A stretch of 64,000 nucleotides of DNA, taken from contig CM059447.1 in NCBI GenBank assembly GCA_030390025.1, positions 3,534,001-3,598,000 of the forward strand. Reading direction: 5' to 3'. The notes under the pieces were generated by a model. The model did no database searches. It worked only from the letters and a program-made list of their open reading frames with translations, and was not told the origin of the DNA. This document shows, piece by piece, positions 61,320 through 64,000 of the stretch; the stretch's first letter is position 1; each line of letters starts with the position of its first letter. This DNA is from Squalus acanthias. Its lineage: Eukaryota. The position numbers and the translations under genes are program-made.

Positions 61320-62110
61320 CCATCCTTATCTTCTGAAGTCATTTATTCCTACTGGGCTACAGTTCCATTGGTACTGATTGCCTGCGGCACCTGGTGCAAC
61401 CCAGCCATTCTTCATGTGTGAGCCTAGATGGTAAGTACAAATAGGCTTGTTGACCGATGACCGGCATAAAAGAAAGACTTGCATTTATATAGCGCCTTTC
61501 ATGACCACCAGACGTCCAAAGCGCTTTACATCCAATTAAGTACTTTTTGAAGTATAGTCACTGGTAATGTAGGAAACACGGTAGCCAATTTGCGCACAGC
61601 ATGCTCCCACAAACAGCGATGTGATAATGACCAGATAATCTGTTTTAGTAATGTTGGACAGGACATCAGGGATAACTCCCCATCTCTATTTCGAAATAGT
61701 GCCATAGGATCTTTTACGTCCACCTGAGAGGGCAGCTTAACCTCTCACCAGAAAGACAGCACCTCCAACAGTGCAGCACTCCCTCAATACTGCACTGGAG
61801 TGTCAGCCTAGATTTTTGTGCTCAAGTCTCTGGAGTGGGACTTGAACCCACAACCCATAACATCGCAGCCAAGCCTGATTTTGTTCTTGCCTGTCATCCA
61901 CCTGTTTTCCAATTCTGGATCGCGATTGGGAGTGGGAAACCTGGTCGATCCTCAACCTGTTGGCCCAGGATTGGTAAGACCAATTATAGCCTCCCACTGT
62001 CACTCTAGCTGAAATCAGCTAACTCGGGCACTGATCAGGCTTTGAATCTGGGGCCTCCTGGTTTGTGTTGCTCAGTTACACCCAAGCTTTATCAACTGAA
62101 GCATTGGGAG
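61320..62110 (-). mobile_element. AmnSINE2-like SINE split by a Deu-domain SINE
   Basis: ccattcttcatgtgtgagcctaga...ggcat | catcgcagccaagcctga...gctgaaatcagctaactc continues across the insertion. Confidence 0.6.
61467..61858 (-). mobile_element. Deu-domain SINE, near full length
   Basis: Collinear with 11812-12156 and extends into the tRNA head (gggacttgaaccc, the reverse B-box). Confidence 0.88.
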
Positions 62111-62428
62111 AATTGTAAAATAAGCAGTTGTGACAGTTCGGCAATCACAACAGAGCTGAATTAAGAATTCTTGGGGCTCTGGACATTAAGAACATTCAGG
62201 GCCAAATCTGCACTGCTTGCACAACCCACCACTGATCCATTAAACCACAAACATGTTGTAAAATGCACGAAGAAATAGTCTTATAGAATGCTTACACGCT
62301 GCATTAATAATAAAGGAAATCATATCACATTATACTACGCTGAAATGAAACTGCTTAATTTTCTCTCATTCACAAAAAAAGGTTTACTGTAAATACTGAG
62401 CATCTAATACCGAGGCTCTATTGTAGCA

Positions 62429-62837
62429 CATCGACGTCTGCCCTTGTTGACTGTAGGCTCCTGAGGTATGGAAAGTGGTTCACGTTGTCCAAGGCCTTGT
62501 CATGGATTTTGATAATCGGGGGGGCAGAACTGTGGCGGGGGCAGGTTGGTAGAGGACCTTTGTCATACGGACACCTGGGAATCCCTGGCCCAAGACCGTA
62601 CAAAGTGGAGGAGAAGCATCCGGGAAGGCGCTGAATACCTCGAGTCTCTTCGCCGGGAGCAAGCGGAAGCCAAGCGGAAGGAGCGCACGTCAACCCAAGC
62701 ACCCCACCCACCATCTGCCCCACCTGTGACAGAGACTGTTGTTCCCGCATTGGACTCATCAGTCACCTGAGAACTCATTTTTAATGTGAAGCAAGTCATC
62801 TTCGGTTCTGAGGAACTGCCTGAGAAGAAAGAAGATG
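62429..62837 (+). mobile_element. RTE-clade LINE insertion with an inverted 5' segment
   Basis: + strand DTWESLAQDRTKWRRSIREG...CPTCDRDCCSRIGLISHLRTH with gaaga tail; - strand TKVLYQPAP...IKIHDKALDNVNHFPYL...TRADVD; TSD attgtagca / attgtaaca. Confidence 0.85.
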
Positions 62838-63117
62838 ATTGTAACAATTATCTACTGTCAGCATCTAATTATAATTCAGGATGTAAAACACTAAACCAGT
62901 CAATTGCAGTATTTTCTCATCAAGAACAATCCAAGATACGTCTGCCATATGCACTATTTCTTCAGAATAATTGAATTTGCTTGCTATCGGAGTGTTATTT
63001 CGCCTCAATTTAACAGTGAAATATTTTTTTTTGAGGCAGGAATGGCAGGAAATAAATGTGGAGTGCTTATTCAACATTAGGTGGGATTCCCATCAGGAGC
63101 AGAAAATCTTGTAATTA

Positions 63118-63473
63118 CAGGAAACTCTTTATTAACCGGGACCGGCGTGGTGCCGGTTAATCAAAAAGTCCGGATAACAGGAGAGTTATATCTCCCAACG
63201 TACGAGAGCCCCGTACACATTGACATGCGGCTGCATTCGGAGCTCCATCTCCCCGGGGACCGCCAGCTGACCATCTGTCGTGTCCGCTGCCTACCCGGGC
63301 TGCACATTCCCCTCCCAATCTACACGCTCCGATACAAGGCAAACGCCTCAGTTTTTTTTTTAAAGTTAATTTTAAACGAGAGATGAAGGAAAAGCCCGGT
63401 TACCTACTCAAGAATTTTGCCGGTTAAGAGAGATTTCCGGATATTTGGGTGCTGGTTAATAAAGAGTTTCCTG
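63118..63473. mobile_element. Tc1/mariner (Tigger/pogo-type) MITE
   Basis: Perfect 20-bp TIR caggaaactctttattaacc / ggttaataaagagtttcctg; TA on both sides; subterminal ccggttaa / ccggata repeats. Confidence 0.92.
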
Positions 63474-63559
63474 TACTATGAATATTTAAGATATACGCTT
63501 TAATACTGCTACTTCAGTTTTAAGTAACATCATTTGGATCTATATAAAAACAAAGCCGA

Positions 63560-63871
63560 GCCCGTTGCTAATCCTAGAACTCGCACTGTTGCCGCAGCCT
63601 TCCCTCGGTGTGGACCGCTCCGCACCGCAGTCTTTTAAGTGTTCATGAGTCTGGGGGGCGGGAAGGGTTTTTTCACCAGAAGCTGCCCCGTCTCATGCGA
63701 GAAGTTCCCAGACTGGGAGGCCGCTGCGAGCAGATGAAGAAAATCCATAGTCGCGCGCAAACCTCAAGCTCTACTTGCCTATTTTCTCCCGTGTTGCTCA
63801 CAGCAGTGTCCGGGAAATTAGTCTTTCATTCCTGGGGACTCCAGGACAATCTGGGCGGGTTGGCATCCCTA
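63560..63871. mobile_element. hAT-type non-autonomous element (right end recognisable, left end decayed)
   Basis: Right end gactccaggacaatctgggcgggttggcatcccta (reverse tagggatgccaacc, a TAGGG-type TIR); CpG-rich interior. Confidence 0.45.
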
Positions 63872-63879
63872 GTTATGGT

Positions 63880-64000
63880 GAAATAAAAACACACAATTCT
63901 GGAAACGTTCAGCAGGTCAGGCGGCATCTGTGGACAGAGAAGCATAGTTAATATTTTAGGTCGATGACCTTTCATCAGAATTGGAAGATGTTAGAGGAAC
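63880..64000 (-). mobile_element. Penelope-derived terminal repeat with hammerhead-like core (runs off the window)
   Basis: cagcaggtcaggcggcatctgtgga...aggtcgatgacctttcatcag; same family as 46689-46903. Confidence 0.7.

Noticed and set aside
57930-64000. SMURF2 exon 9 (EQRTTQQGQVYF...)
   Set aside because: Not found before the window ends.

Overview
Eukaryotic, vertebrate, mostly intronic DNA. The repeat landscape (CR1/L2/RTE LINEs, Deu-domain and AmnSINE2-like SINEs, Penelope-derived palindromes) points to a cartilaginous fish, probably a shark. The window lies inside one + strand gene, SMURF2 (C2-WW-HECT E3 ubiquitin ligase). Seven GT-AG coding exons (exons 2-8 by human numbering; 39, 109, 134, 66, 85, 84 and 203 nt; 720 nt in total) splice in frame and encode the C2 domain, WW1 and the linker to WW2 (about residues 18-257). 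I found neither exon 1 nor exons 9 onward in the window. Almost all ORF-track entries are TE fragments or chance ORFs. I see no prokaryote-type system and no second host gene. The most interesting observations are: (1) Leu in place of Thr at the position matching the mammalian ERK5 site T249-P; (2) an RTE LINE insertion with a twin-priming-type 5' inversion inside a target-site duplication (TSD); (3) hammerhead-ribozyme cores in Penelope-derived repeats, each broken by a different mutation; (4) a probable 1.27-kb solo LTR and a very decayed Gypsy-like pol; (5) several intact MITEs, one carrying four internal hairpins; (6) inverted CR1 pairs around frame-symmetric exon blocks. Repeat family names and human SMURF2 numbering come from recall, not from a database search. 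Repeat boundaries without TIR/TSD support are approximate.
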